A DNA stretch of 64,000 bases, from IMG/VR virus record IMGVR_UViG_3300017764_000001; one strand, written 5' to 3'. Origin of the DNA: a virus (lineage: Duplodnaviria; Caudoviricetes). Made by a program: the position numbers and the translations under genes. The stretch's first letter is position 1. Each line of letters begins with the position of its first letter. Positions 20,113 through 30,319 of the stretch are shown in pieces. The notes under the pieces are model-generated. The model ran no database searches. It was given only the letters and a program-made list of their open reading frames with translations, and was not told the DNA's origin.

Positions 20113-21768
20113 ATGGCCAGACTTTTTGGTTTTTCAGTAAGTGACACCGAGAAAAAATCACCATCAGTAGTTTCCCCCGTTCCTCAGAATAATGAGGACG
20201 GGGTTGACAACTATATTTCTAGTGGTTTTTATGGTCAATATCTTGATATTGAAGGTGTATATAGAACTGAATTTGATTTAATTAAAAGATATCGTGAAAT
20301 GGCACTTCATCCAGAAGCGGATAGTGCCATTGAAGATGTTGTTAATGAAGCAATTGTTAGTGATCTTTATGATTCTCCCATTGAGATTGAACTTTCAAAT
20401 GTTAATGCCAGTGACAAATTAAAAAGTATTATTAGAGAAGAATTTAAAAGAATTAAAGACATCATGGACTTTGACAAAAAGTCTCATGAAATTTTTAGAA
20501 ACTGGTACGTGGATGGAAGAGTTTTTTATTTAAAGGTCATTGACCAAAAGAAACCTGAGGAAGGCATACAAGATTTAAGATATATTGATCCATTGAAAAT
20601 TCGACACATTAGGCAGGAAAAGAAAAAGAATAAAGCAAAATTAGGTCCAGATTTGGGACCAAGAGATAAAGATAAGTTTCAATCACCAGAATTAGAAGAA
20701 TATTTTGTCTATACTCCTAAACCAAGTTATCCAACCGGAACCATGGTTGGTGGTGGAGGAACAAAAGGTATTAAGATTGCTAAAGATTCTATCACATATT
20801 GCACATCTGGTTTAGTTGATAGAAATAAGGGCAATGTTCTTTCATATCTTCATAAGGCAATCAAGTCACTTAATCAACTTAGAATGATTGAGGATTCACT
20901 GGTTATCTATCGATTAAGTAGAGCACCAGAAAGAAGAATTTTTTATATTGATGTTGGTAATCTTCCCAAAGTAAAGGCAGAACAATACCTTAAAGAGGTA
21001 ATGAGTCGTTATAGAAATAAGCAAGTCTATAATGCTCAGACTGGAGAAATTCGTGATGACCGCAAATATATGAGTATGTTGGAAGATTTCTGGCTTCCTA
21101 GAAGAGAGGGTGGTAGAGGAACTGAAATCTCCACTCTTCCTGGTGGTCAAAATCTAGGTGAACTTTCTGATATTGAATATTTTCAGAAAAAACTTTATCG
21201 TTCTTTAGGAGTTCCTGAGTCTAGAATTGCTGCAGATGGTGGATTTAATCTTGGCCGTTCTTCTGAGATTCTTCGTGACGAACTTAAGTTTGCTAAGTTT
21301 GTTGGTAGATTGAGAAAAAGATTTGCCAACATGTTTAGTGACATGTTGAGAACTCAACTTATTCTAAAGAATATTGTCACTCCAGAAGATTGGGAACAAA
21401 TCAGTGAGCATATTCAGTATGATTTCTTGTATGATAATCAGTTTGCAGAATTAAAAGAATCTGAATTAATGAACGAAAGATTGGGATTACTTGCAACTAT
21501 TGAACCTTATATTGGAAAGTATTACTCTAATGATTACGTTCGTAGAAGAATTTTAAGACAAACTGATACAGAAATTTTGGAAATTGATGAACAAATTGAG
21601 CAAGAAATTAAGGATGGAATTATTCCAGATCCAAATGCTGTTGATCCTATTACCGGAGAACCATTACCTGGAGGAGATAATGGAATGATGGGTGATGTTC
21701 CTATGGAACCAGATTTAGAAATTCAGGGTGGAATAACTCAAATTGATGGTAAGAGTGCTGAAATATAA
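20113..21768 (+). CDS. gp20: Portal protein gp20
   Basis: YRLSRAPERRIFYIDVGNLPK.KAEQYL..MLEDFWLPRREGGRGTEISTLPGG. Confidence 0.98.
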   Translation: MARLFGFSVSDTEKKSPSVVSPVPQNNEDGVDNYISSGFYGQYLDIEGVYRTEFDLIKRYREMALHPEADSAIEDVVNEAIVSDLYDSPIEIELSNVNASDKLKSIIREEFKRIKDIMDFDKKSHEIFRNWYVDGRVFYLKVIDQKKPEEGIQDLRYIDPLKIRHIRQEKKKNKAKLGPDLGPRDKDKFQSPELEEYFVYTPKPSYPTGTMVGGGGTKGIKIAKDSITYCTSGLVDRNKGNVLSYLHKAIKSLNQLRMIEDSLVIYRLSRAPERRIFYIDVGNLPKVKAEQYLKEVMSRYRNKQVYNAQTGEIRDDRKYMSMLEDFWLPRREGGRGTEISTLPGGQNLGELSDIEYFQKKLYRSLGVPESRIAADGGFNLGRSSEILRDELKFAKFVGRLRKRFANMFSDMLRTQLILKNIVTPEDWEQISEHIQYDFLYDNQFAELKESELMNERLGLLATIEPYIGKYYSNDYVRRRILRQTDTEILEIDEQIEQEIKDGIIPDPNAVDPITGEPLPGGDNGMMGDVPMEPDLEIQGGITQIDGKSAEI

Positions 21769-21795
21769 ATAACTTATATTGTAATAATATTTTAA

Positions 21796-21963
21796 ATGGA
21801 AGACGTATTAGATTTAATTGTCACGGATGCTCCCGCATCTGAGATTAGTGATAAAATTAAAGATGTTTTATATGATAGAGCATCTTCAAAAATTGATGGT
21901 ATTCGTGCAGATGTCGGTGCCTCCATGTTTGATCAACCAGAAGAAACACAAGAGGAAGAATAA
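21796..21963 (+). CDS. Small acidic prohead core protein (gp67/gp68-like position), 55 aa; not in the ORF track
   Basis: Read by hand: MEDVLDLIVTDAPASEISDKIKDVLYDRASSKIDGIRADVGASMFDQPEETQEEE. It follows TATAAATA at 21764, and its stop overlaps the next ATG. Confidence 0.7.
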   Translation: MEDVLDLIVTDAPASEISDKIKDVLYDRASSKIDGIRADVGASMFDQPEETQEEE

Positions 21964-22232
21964 TGGCAAGAACTTTATGTAAAGGTGCTGAGGCAGCTCT
22001 ACCTACAACAACTGGTGCTGCGGTTAGTTTTTCTGAGGCAACTGTTGTCCGTCTAGTTAATAGTCACAGTAGCGCACATCTTGTTACCGTTGTGGAAACA
22101 AGAAGTGGTGACGTTGTTGGTTCTTTTACAATGCCCGCAGGATCTGTAGAATATCTCGAAAAAAATCCCACTCAGTGTGTGTTTGCTGCAAATGCTGGTG
22201 TATTGGGTGCAAAAGTAGGATTTACCGCATAA
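21963..22232 (+). CDS. Conserved hypothetical protein upstream of gp21, 89 aa
   Basis: ORF is coupled to its neighbours; motif ATVVRLVN..GSFTMPAGSVEYLEK. Confidence 0.7.
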   Translation: MARTLCKGAEAALPTTTGAAVSFSEATVVRLVNSHSSAHLVTVVETRSGDVVGSFTMPAGSVEYLEKNPTQCVFAANAGVLGAKVGFTA

Positions 22233-22236
22233 AAAA

Positions 22237-22887
22237 ATGAAACTTATCACAGAAGAAATTTCAAATGTAAAAATTATTACCGAGGGCAAAGGTTCTGGTA
22301 AAAAATTATATATTGAAGGAGTATTTCTCCAAGGAAACATCAAAAATCGTAATGGTAGAATGTATCCTATGGAAACTCTTGCCCGTGAGGTAAAGAGATA
22401 TAATGAAACTTTTGTGAATAAAGGTCGTGCTCTTGGAGAACTTGGTCATCCTGACGGACCAACTGTAAATCTTGATAGAGTTTCTCATAAAATTACTTCT
22501 CTTTCAGAAGACGGAAATAATTTTAAAGGAAAAGCACAAATTCTTAATACCCCAATGGGTAAGATTGCATCCTCTCTTCTTGATGAAGGTGTAATGCTTG
22601 GTGTTTCTTCTCGTGGTGTTGGTTCACTTAAAACAACTAGTGAAGGTCATAAAGTTGTAGGTGAAGATTTTATGTTAGCAACTGCTGCTGACATTGTTGC
22701 CGACCCTTCTGCACCTGATGCTTTTGTTTCGGGAATTATGGAAGGAAAAGAGTGGGTATGGGAAGGAGGAATTCTTCGTGAGCAACTCGCAGAAAAGACC
22801 CAGAAGAGAATTAATACTCTTGTTGACCAAAAAAGACTTGAAGAGCATAAGTTGAACTTATTCAATGAATTTTTATCAAATCTTTAA
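22237..22887 (+). CDS. gp21: Prohead protease gp21
   Basis: LYIEGVFLQGNIKNRNGRMYP..ALGELGHP..VSSRGVGS..DIVADPSAPDAFV. Confidence 0.97.
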   Translation: MKLITEEISNVKIITEGKGSGKKLYIEGVFLQGNIKNRNGRMYPMETLAREVKRYNETFVNKGRALGELGHPDGPTVNLDRVSHKITSLSEDGNNFKGKAQILNTPMGKIASSLLDEGVMLGVSSRGVGSLKTTSEGHKVVGEDFMLATAADIVADPSAPDAFVSGIMEGKEWVWEGGILREQLAEKTQKRINTLVDQKRLEEHKLNLFNEFLSNL

Positions 22888-22928
22888 ATTATAAATAAAT
22901 ATAGATTAATACAATCATATCTAGTCAA

Positions 22929-24035
22929 ATGTCCGTTGGTAACGATTTACAAGAAATGGAAAACGTAGTAACTAAAGGTGCTGCCAAAGCTGATCCGATG
23001 CCAAAGATGGCCGATCCTGGAACTCAATTGGGTTCTGTGGAAGATCTTGGTGGTCCTACCCCAGAAAATTACAAGACCGATGACGATTCTGCGAAACTCA
23101 AGGAACCTAAAATTGCAACTGTCAAAGACATTGTAAATAAAGGTGCCGGTAAAGCAGATCCTATGCCTTCAGGAATGAAGGAAGAGGAAGAAGTCGAAGG
23201 TGAAGTAGTTGCTGAAGAGGAAGAAGAAACTTCTAATGAAGTAGTTGCTGAACAAGAAACTACAGAAGAGGAAGTTGTAGAAGAAGAGACCGTCGAAGAC
23301 GATGCTCCTTCTATCGAAGAGGATATCGAAGCACTTATTGCTGGTGAAGAACTCTCCGAAGAATTCCAAGAAAAGGCACGTACAATTTTTGAAGCAGCCA
23401 TTAAGACTAAGGTTGCTGAAATGAAAGAAGAGGTACAGAAGCAATACGAAGTATCTCTGACTGAAGAAGTTGCCAACCTCAAGTCCGAGTTAACCGAAAG
23501 AGTTGATTCTTATCTTGAGTATGTTGCCCAAGAGTGGTTGACCGAAAATCAACTTGCTGTTGAGCACGGACTTAAAACTGAAATGACCGAATCATTCCTT
23601 ACCGGAATGAAGAGTCTTTTTGAAGAACATTATGTAACTATCCCTGAAGAGAAATATGATGTACTTAACAGTATGGTAGAAAAACTTGATGAGATGGAAG
23701 ATAAACTCAACGAGCAAATTAATAAAAATATTGCTTTAAACAAAAGATTGGCTGAGTCGGTTGCAGATGTAATTCTTGCAGATGTGTCCGAGGGTCTTGC
23801 TGTATCCCAAAAGGATAAGCTCGCTTCTCTTGCCGAAAATGTTGAGTTTGATGGTGAGCAATCCTATCGTGAAAAACTGGTAACTCTTAGAGAAGCATAT
23901 TTCTCCTCTAATACTGGTGTTCAAGAGAACAAGTCGGAAACAATTTCTGAAGAAACCGAAGTTACTTCTCAACAAGAAGTATCTACTATGATGGAATCAT
24001 ATCTTCAGACATTGAACAGAGTTTCCAAGAAGTGA
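22929..24035 (+). CDS. gp22: Prohead core scaffolding protein gp22
   Basis: Highly acidic and helical, FQEKARTIFEAA..VDSYLEYV..W; lies between gp21 and gp23. Confidence 0.92.
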   Translation: MSVGNDLQEMENVVTKGAAKADPMPKMADPGTQLGSVEDLGGPTPENYKTDDDSAKLKEPKIATVKDIVNKGAGKADPMPSGMKEEEEVEGEVVAEEEEETSNEVVAEQETTEEEVVEEETVEDDAPSIEEDIEALIAGEELSEEFQEKARTIFEAAIKTKVAEMKEEVQKQYEVSLTEEVANLKSELTERVDSYLEYVAQEWLTENQLAVEHGLKTEMTESFLTGMKSLFEEHYVTIPEEKYDVLNSMVEKLDEMEDKLNEQINKNIALNKRLAESVADVILADVSEGLAVSQKDKLASLAENVEFDGEQSYREKLVTLREAYFSSNTGVQENKSETISEETEVTSQQEVSTMMESYLQTLNRVSKK

Positions 24036-24085
24036 ACCTTCATTATAACATAGTCAAACTAACTTTTTTAAATAGGTAAAAACAA

Positions 24086-25456
24086 ATGCTGCAAATGCCT
24101 TCCCAAGAGGCTCTGCAGGAGAAGTGGGCACCTATCCTCCAACACGAGGGTATGGATGCAATCAAGGATAACCATCGTGCTATGGTTACCGCTCAGCTCC
24201 TGGAGAACCAAGAACAGATGCTCAAGGAAGAAAGAGAATTTCTTTCTGAAGCCCCAACCAATGCTACTGGTGCCAACATCAGTAACTTCGATCCCGTTCT
24301 GATCTCCCTGATCAGACGTTCTATGCCTAACCTGGTCGCATATGACCTGGCTGGTGTTCAACCAATGAACGGTCCTACCGGACTGATCTTTGCAATGCGT
24401 TCTCGTTTCACCTCTCAGAGTGGAACCGAAGCATTCTTCAATGAGCCAGATACCGGATTCTCTGCACAGAGAGAAGGTAATGATGCTACTCAAGGACCTT
24501 ACACCACTGGATCTGACGATGATACCGTTGGTTTCGGTACTATTGGTCAGACTGGTACTAATCCTTCTGCTCTGAACCCAGAGTCTGATGCTAACCAGGG
24601 TGCATATACAGTTGGTCAGGGTATGACCACTGCTAATTCTGAAGGTCTCGGTGAATCTGGTAATGCTTTCAACGAGATGGCATTCTCGATTGAGAAAGTC
24701 ACCGTTACTGCCATGAGCAGAGCACTGAAAGCAGAGTATTCACTGGAACTGGCACAAGACCTCAAGGCTATTCATGGACTGAATGCTGAGGCTGAACTCG
24801 CAAATATTCTCTCTACTGAGATTCTTGCTGAGATCAACCGTGAAGTCATCAGAACCATCTATAAGTCTGCTGAAGTCGGTGCTACTCTGAATACCGCAAC
24901 TTCTGGTACTTTCGACCTCGACGTTGACTCTAACGGACGTTGGAGTGTTGAGAAGTTTAAGGGTCTTATTTTCCAAATGGAAAGAGATGCTAACCAGATT
25001 GCACAGAGAACTCGTAGAGGAAAAGGCAACATGATCCTCTGCTCTGCAGACGTTGCTTCCGCACTCACCATGGCTGGTGTACTTGATTACACCCCTGCTC
25101 TGAATGCTAACCTCAACGTAGATGACACTGGTAACACCTTTGCTGGTGTACTCGGTGGTAAGTTCCGTGTCTACATCGATCCTTATGCTGCTAATAATGC
25201 TGCTAACCAGTATTACGTAGCAGGTTATAAGGGTTCCTCTCCTTATGACGCAGGACTCTTCTATTGTCCTTATGTTCCTCTCCAAATGGTTCGTGCCGTT
25301 GGTGAGAACACCTTCCAACCAAAAATCGGGTTCAAGACTCGTTATGGTATGGTTGCTAACCCATTTGCTGAAGGCACCAATACAACCAACACTGGTCGTA
25401 TTACTGCTAGCAGCAACCGTTACTATCGTCGTGTTAAGGTTGCTAACCTTATGTGA
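24086..25456 (+). CDS. gp23: Major capsid protein gp23
   Basis: EKWAPIL..FDPVLISLIRRSMPNL.AYD.AGVQPM.GPTGLIFAMR..FQPKIGFKTRYG. Confidence 0.99.
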   Translation: MLQMPSQEALQEKWAPILQHEGMDAIKDNHRAMVTAQLLENQEQMLKEEREFLSEAPTNATGANISNFDPVLISLIRRSMPNLVAYDLAGVQPMNGPTGLIFAMRSRFTSQSGTEAFFNEPDTGFSAQREGNDATQGPYTTGSDDDTVGFGTIGQTGTNPSALNPESDANQGAYTVGQGMTTANSEGLGESGNAFNEMAFSIEKVTVTAMSRALKAEYSLELAQDLKAIHGLNAEAELANILSTEILAEINREVIRTIYKSAEVGATLNTATSGTFDLDVDSNGRWSVEKFKGLIFQMERDANQIAQRTRRGKGNMILCSADVASALTMAGVLDYTPALNANLNVDDTGNTFAGVLGGKFRVYIDPYAANNAANQYYVAGYKGSSPYDAGLFYCPYVPLQMVRAVGENTFQPKIGFKTRYGMVANPFAEGTNTTNTGRITASSNRYYRRVKVANLM

Positions 25457-25486
25457 TCTAAATACCTTCAGTGTGAAGGAAGTGCG

Positions 25487-25512
25487 AGAGGGTCTTCGGA
25501 CCCTCTTTTTTT
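25487..25512 (+). terminator. Intrinsic terminator after gp23
   Basis: AGAGGGTC-TTCG-GACCCTCT followed by a T-run. Confidence 0.9.
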
Positions 25513-25533
25513 ATCTAAATACAAATAAAAACA

Positions 25534-26082
25534 ATGGCAAGTGGATTTCCAAAACAGTTAGCAAATAGAAATTTTCTTGCTCCTGTTGGATTTAAATTTA
25601 CTTTGGCAAAAGAACCCAAAGTTGACTTTTTTTCAAACTCATGTAGAATACCTGAGATTAGTCTCGGAACTGCTATTCAACCAACATATCTGAAAGATAT
25701 TGATGTTCCTGGAGATAAGTTGTCTTATGGTGATTTTTCTTTTAGATTTCTTGTTGATGAAAATCTGGAAAATTACATGAAGATTCATAATTGGTTAACT
25801 GGATTAGGGTATCCGGAAACAACACAACAATATAAAGATTTGACAACTAATGTTGATGGTGTTAGAGATCCTAAAGAAGCATTTAGTGATGGAAATCTCC
25901 ACATCTTGAATAGTAATTATAGAGATATTGCTATTGTAAAATTTAATGATTTGTTCCCAGTATTTCTCACACCTTTAGAGTTTACCGCAACAGAAACTGA
26001 CATAAACTACTTTACAGCAGAGGTCACTTTCAAGTATACTGTGTACAATGTAGTATCTGCTGATGGTAGAACACCCTTATGA
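25534..26082 (+). CDS. gp3: Tail completion / tube terminator gp3
   Basis: NRNFLAPVGFKF..VDFF..IPEISLG..F.VDENLENY..IHNWL.GLG. Confidence 0.88.
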   Translation: MASGFPKQLANRNFLAPVGFKFTLAKEPKVDFFSNSCRIPEISLGTAIQPTYLKDIDVPGDKLSYGDFSFRFLVDENLENYMKIHNWLTGLGYPETTQQYKDLTTNVDGVRDPKEAFSDGNLHILNSNYRDIAIVKFNDLFPVFLTPLEFTATETDINYFTAEVTFKYTVYNVVSADGRTPL

Positions 26083-26510
26083 ATCTTGAACAAATACAGG
26101 AGATGTGGCAAAGAGATTCTGTCATTGATCCTGATAATCTACATGATGAATCATTAAAAGTTCCTCAACTTCACTCAAAATATTACACAATTTATAATAC
26201 TATAACTCTCCTTCGTGAAAAATCTAGAGATAGTTATAAACGTGTAAAGTTGGAAAGGTATAACTATTATACAGGCAAAGCACCTGCAGAGGTATATGTA
26301 GAAGACCCTTTCCCATATAAAGTAAGAGAAAAAGATGCAATACAAAGATATCTTGACGCTGACGATAAATTAACTACAATTGATTTAAAGATTAGGTATT
26401 ACGATGTAATGCTTAAGTTCTTAGAAGAAGTAATTAAAACTATTTCAAGTAGAACTTACCAAATTAAAAATGCAATCGATTGGCATAAATTTCAGGCAGG
26501 ATTCAACTAA
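26079..26510 (+). CDS. uvsY: Recombination mediator UvsY
   Basis: W.RDS.ID.DNL..ESLK.PQLHSKY..R.YQIKNAIDW.KF.AG; upstream of uvsW. Confidence 0.88.
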   Translation: MNLEQIQEMWQRDSVIDPDNLHDESLKVPQLHSKYYTIYNTITLLREKSRDSYKRVKLERYNYYTGKAPAEVYVEDPFPYKVREKDAIQRYLDADDKLTTIDLKIRYYDVMLKFLEEVIKTISSRTYQIKNAIDWHKFQAGFN

Positions 26511-26511
26511 T

Positions 26512-26745
26512 ATGGACTCATTTCCACATCCAGAAGATCATGATCCAAATGAAGATGTTTATAATCAATGGCACGTTGAAGTAACAATGGGTATTGATGA
26601 ACTTAGAGCCATGTATGGAGTATTTAATTATGCTTATGAAACTTGGCCGGGTGCTCCTAAAAGACCATATGAAGAGCAAGAGTATTTGAGATATATGAAA
26701 AATAAATTATTTGCAATGATTCTTGAATATAATTTAGATCGTTAA
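26512..26745 (+). CDS. Hypothetical protein between uvsY and uvsW, about 77 aa
   Basis: ATG at 26512 lies just after the uvsY stop; motif YETWPGAPKRPYEEQEYL. Confidence 0.6.
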   Translation: MDSFPHPEDHDPNEDVYNQWHVEVTMGIDELRAMYGVFNYAYETWPGAPKRPYEEQEYLRYMKNKLFAMILEYNLDR

Positions 26746-26781
26746 TGGGGCAATAAATAGATATAGGATTAACCTATATGC

Positions 26782-28245
26782 ATGTCTCATTTGATTATTT
26801 CTAAAAAGAACGAGGTATATTTACAGGTAAAGGCAGAACCACACGTCTACTACGAGTTAGCAGATCAGTTTACCTTCGATGTTCCTGGTGCCAAATTCAT
26901 GCCACAGTATCGTAGTAAATACTGGGATGGCAAAATTCGTTTATTTAATACGCAGACTGGTGAGATCTATGTTGGTTTGTTAGATAAAATTATAAGTTTT
27001 TGTGAGTCTCATGAGTACAGTTATGAATTTGTAGATAATAAATTTTATGGTACACCTTTTGAAGTCAACGAAATGATTTCAAAAGAGGGTGTGAGAGATT
27101 ATATGACTGCTGCAAGTAAATATTCCCCTAGAGAATATCAAATTGATGGAGTATACGACGCCTTAAGACATAATAGAAGACTGCTGATATCTCCAACTGC
27201 CTCTGGAAAGTCTCTGATGATATACTCGATTGTGAGATATCACGTTGAACGCGGACAAAATACTCTGATAGTTGTTCCGACGACTTCGCTAGTAGAGCAG
27301 ATGTATAAAGACTTTGCAGACTATGGTTGGGATGTAGGTTCATTTTGCCACAAAATCTATGCTGGAAGAGAAAGAGAAACAGATTCTCAGGTTATTATCA
27401 CTACCTGGCAATCTATTTACAAACTTCCCCGAAAATACTTTGCAAGATTTAATGTTGTTGTCGGAGATGAGGCACATCAATTTAAAAGTAAGTCACTAAT
27501 ATCTATAATGACAAAACTTGCTGATGCTAAGTATCGTTATGGATTCACTGGAACACTTGACGGAACACAAACTCATAAATGGGTTTTGGAAGGTTTATTT
27601 GGTCCTTCATATAAAATCATCAGAACTGAAGAACTGATGAAAAAAGGTCATGTTGCTAAACTTGATATTAATGTTCTTTTATTGAAGCATCCTTCACATA
27701 AGTTTGAAAATTTTGAAGAAGAGGTTCAGTATATTATTGGACATGAAAAAAGAAATAAATTTATTAGAAATCTTGCACTCGATCTTAAAGGGAATACATT
27801 AATCCTCTTTGCTAGAGTAGAAGGACATGGACAACCATTATATGAAATGATAAATAATGGAAAGGTTGATAATCGTCATGTCTTTTTTGTTCATGGTGGA
27901 GTGGAAACCGAGGAACGTGAACGAGTCAGAGAAATTACTGAAAAAGAAAATGATGCTATTATCATTGCCTCGTATGGGACATTCTCTACCGGAATCAATA
28001 TTAAAAACCTCCATAATATAATATTTGCCTCTCCTTCTAAATCAAGAATCAGAAACCTTCAATCTATTGGTAGAGTTTTGCGGAAGGGGAATAATAAAAC
28101 CAAGGCAACTTTATATGACATTGCTGACGATATCAGTTATAAGTCAAGAAAAAATTATACACTTAATCACTTAATAGAAAGGATAAAAATTTATAACGAA
28201 GAAAACTTTAACTATGATATTGTAAACATACCACTAAGAGGATAA
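26782..28245 (+). CDS. uvsW: SF2 DNA helicase UvsW
   Basis: SPTASGKS Walker A, GDEAH, TGT, QSIGRVLR. Confidence 0.96.
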   Translation: MSHLIISKKNEVYLQVKAEPHVYYELADQFTFDVPGAKFMPQYRSKYWDGKIRLFNTQTGEIYVGLLDKIISFCESHEYSYEFVDNKFYGTPFEVNEMISKEGVRDYMTAASKYSPREYQIDGVYDALRHNRRLLISPTASGKSLMIYSIVRYHVERGQNTLIVVPTTSLVEQMYKDFADYGWDVGSFCHKIYAGRERETDSQVIITTWQSIYKLPRKYFARFNVVVGDEAHQFKSKSLISIMTKLADAKYRYGFTGTLDGTQTHKWVLEGLFGPSYKIIRTEELMKKGHVAKLDINVLLLKHPSHKFENFEEEVQYIIGHEKRNKFIRNLALDLKGNTLILFARVEGHGQPLYEMINNGKVDNRHVFFVHGGVETEERERVREITEKENDAIIIASYGTFSTGINIKNLHNIIFASPSKSRIRNLQSIGRVLRKGNNKTKATLYDIADDISYKSRKNYTLNHLIERIKIYNEENFNYDIVNIPLRG

Positions 28246-28658
28246 TGGGAGAAGAATTTTACGCAATTATTAAATTAGTATCAGGTGAAGAAGTATTTTC
28301 TCTCATTATGGTCGATGATGAACAAGAAAATCCAATTATTATTATGCAAAATCCTGTGATCATTAAAATGCTTCACTCACCTCAGGGAAGTTTTATTAAG
28401 GTTAAACCATGGATGGAACTCAGTGAAGAAGATTTTTTTATGATTCGTTTAGATAAAGTTTTAACCATGACAGAATCGACTAATGAAAAACTTATTGAGG
28501 TATACAATAATTATATTTCTGATGATGAACAAGAAATAGAGATGAATAACAATGGAAAAGTTAAACCCGATTCTAAAATGGGATATGTATCAACAGTAGA
28601 AGATGCTCGAAAGCATCTAGAGACACTGTATAAACTTAAAGATACTAAAGAAAGCTAA
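28245..28658 (+). CDS. Conserved hypothetical protein between uvsW and gp55, 137 aa
   Basis: IIKLVSGEEVFS..NPVII..KVKPWM; conserved synteny. Confidence 0.7.
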   Translation: MGEEFYAIIKLVSGEEVFSLIMVDDEQENPIIIMQNPVIIKMLHSPQGSFIKVKPWMELSEEDFFMIRLDKVLTMTESTNEKLIEVYNNYISDDEQEIEMNNNGKVKPDSKMGYVSTVEDARKHLETLYKLKDTKES

Positions 28659-28684
28659 TATTACCCATCAAACCTAACAAAGGT

Positions 28685-28713
28685 ATTCTACTCATGGTTT
28701 GCTAGTTTGTCAA
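28685..28713 (-). promoter_or_regulatory. Near-consensus sigma70 promoter on the minus strand (TTGACA-17-TAGAAT), antisense to the uvsW operon
   Basis: Reverse complement of ATTCTA(28685-90)..TGTCAA(28708-13) with a 17-nt spacer. Confidence 0.65.
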
Positions 28714-28726
28714 GTCATGCTATAAT
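28699..28726 (+). promoter_or_regulatory. Putative sigma70-type promoter for gp55 (extended -10 TGCTATAAT)
   Basis: TATAAT at 28721-26 preceded by TGn; weak -35. Confidence 0.5.
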
Positions 28727-28756
28727 GTAGTTACTTAGACTTATATTAAAAATGTC

Positions 28757-29287
28757 ATGCCTAAAAAGAAACCGGAACATTATGTAAACAATAAAGAACT
28801 ACTAGAAGCAATGGTTGTTTATCGTCTTAAAGTTGAAAAATCATACAAAGTTGCATTTGGAAAAGATTTAACAGAACAACCTAAAAAAGAAAGAGCAAGA
28901 AGATGGGAAGGTAAACCACCAATTCCAAATTATCTTGGAGAGTCTTTTTTAAAAATTGCCACTCATCTTTCTTACAAACCAAACTTTGTTAATTACATGT
29001 TCCGTGAGGACATGATATCTGATGGTATTGAAAACTGTGTTCAATACATTCATAATTTTGATCCAGATAAATCAAAAAATCCTTTTGCATATTTTACTCA
29101 AGTTATTCATTATGCATTTTTGAGAAGAATTCAAAAAGAAAAGAAACAACTGGATATTAAAACAAAGATTATTGAAAAAACCGGATATGATGAGGTCATG
29201 ATGGTTGACGATAGCTTGCTTTCTGGGGATAGTTCAGAGTATAATAGCATCAAGGACGCCATTCAATACCGAAATAATAATCGATGA
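28757..29287 (+). CDS. gp55: Late sigma factor gp55
   Basis: HYVNNKELL..YLGESFLKIATHLS.KPNF.NY..REDMI.DGIENC..FDP.KS.NPFAYFTQ. Confidence 0.95.
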   Translation: MPKKKPEHYVNNKELLEAMVVYRLKVEKSYKVAFGKDLTEQPKKERARRWEGKPPIPNYLGESFLKIATHLSYKPNFVNYMFREDMISDGIENCVQYIHNFDPDKSKNPFAYFTQVIHYAFLRRIQKEKKQLDIKTKIIEKTGYDEVMMVDDSLLSGDSSEYNSIKDAIQYRNNNR

Positions 29288-30318
29288 AAGTTGCCATCAT
29301 TACTGACACTCATTATGGAGCACGTAAGGGTTCTAAGTATCTTCACGACTATTTTGAACTCTTCTATAAGAATGTGTTTTTTCCTGCACTGGAGGAGCAT
29401 GGGATTGACACTGTGATTCATATGGGTGATGCTTTTGATAGTCGTAAGTCGATTGACTATCAAAGTTTTGAATGGGCAAAGAGAGTCGTGTTTGAACCAT
29501 TGAAAAAATATAAGGTTCATATGATTATTGGTAATCATGATTGTTATTATAAAAATACTAATAACACGAATTCTCCACAATTATTACTTCAATCGTATCC
29601 TAATATTACAACCTATCAAGAAGTAACTGAAGCACAGATAGGTAATTTAAATATTTTGTTTATTCCTTGGATCAATGCAGAAAATTTTGAAAACAGTATC
29701 GTATCTGTTAAAAATACAAATAGCAAGTGCGCGATGGGGCACCTTGAGCTCAACGGATTTAGAGCGCATAGAGGTCACACCATGGAAGAAGGTATGGACA
29801 GCGCACTATTTGAGAAGTTCGAGCGGACATTTTCGGGTCATTACCATACACGATCAGACAATGGAAAAATCTTCTACTTAGGAAATCCATATGAGATGTT
29901 CTGGAATGATGTAAATGATACGAGAGGATTTACAATTTTCGATACGGAAACTTTAGAACATTTTCATATAAACAATCCATATCGTCTTTTTTATAATATC
30001 TATTATGAAGATACTCCATATCAGACATTTGATTTTTCAGAATATGAAAACAAAATTGTAAAAGTCATTGTTCGGAAAAAAACAAAACTAAAATCATTTG
30101 AAAAATTTATTGATAAACTTTATTCTATTGGAGTTCAAGATCTTAAAATTGTAGAAAATTTTGATATTAATGAAAGTGAAAATTTTGAAATTACTGAAGA
30201 AGAAAGTACAATATCTATTTTAAATAGATACATTGATGAATCTGAATTTGAAATTGATAAAAATATAATTAAAGGCATATTTCAAAACCTATATAAACAG
30301 GCTTGCGAAGTAGAATGA
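29284..30318 (+). CDS. gp47: Recombination endonuclease subunit gp47 (Mre11/SbcD-like)
   Basis: Metallophosphoesterase motifs TDTHYG, GD.FD, GNHD, GH.E, SGHYH. Confidence 0.95.
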   Translation: MKVAIITDTHYGARKGSKYLHDYFELFYKNVFFPALEEHGIDTVIHMGDAFDSRKSIDYQSFEWAKRVVFEPLKKYKVHMIIGNHDCYYKNTNNTNSPQLLLQSYPNITTYQEVTEAQIGNLNILFIPWINAENFENSIVSVKNTNSKCAMGHLELNGFRAHRGHTMEEGMDSALFEKFERTFSGHYHTRSDNGKIFYLGNPYEMFWNDVNDTRGFTIFDTETLEHFHINNPYRLFYNIYYEDTPYQTFDFSEYENKIVKVIVRKKTKLKSFEKFIDKLYSIGVQDLKIVENFDINESENFEITEEESTISILNRYIDESEFEIDKNIIKGIFQNLYKQACEVE

Positions 30319-30319
30319 T

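Larger units (their letters stand above)
21764..22897 (+). promoter_or_regulatory. T4-type late promoters TATAAATA at 21764-71 and 22890-97 (others at 43848, 55606, 61679; variants elsewhere)
   Basis: Exact consensus upstream of head genes; gp55 is present in the window. Confidence 0.75.

Noticed and set aside
24068-25318. Long minus-strand ORFs opposite gp23 (and similar ones opposite gp18, gp22, cobS, uvsX)
   Set aside because: Typical shadow frames produced by codon bias in highly expressed genes.
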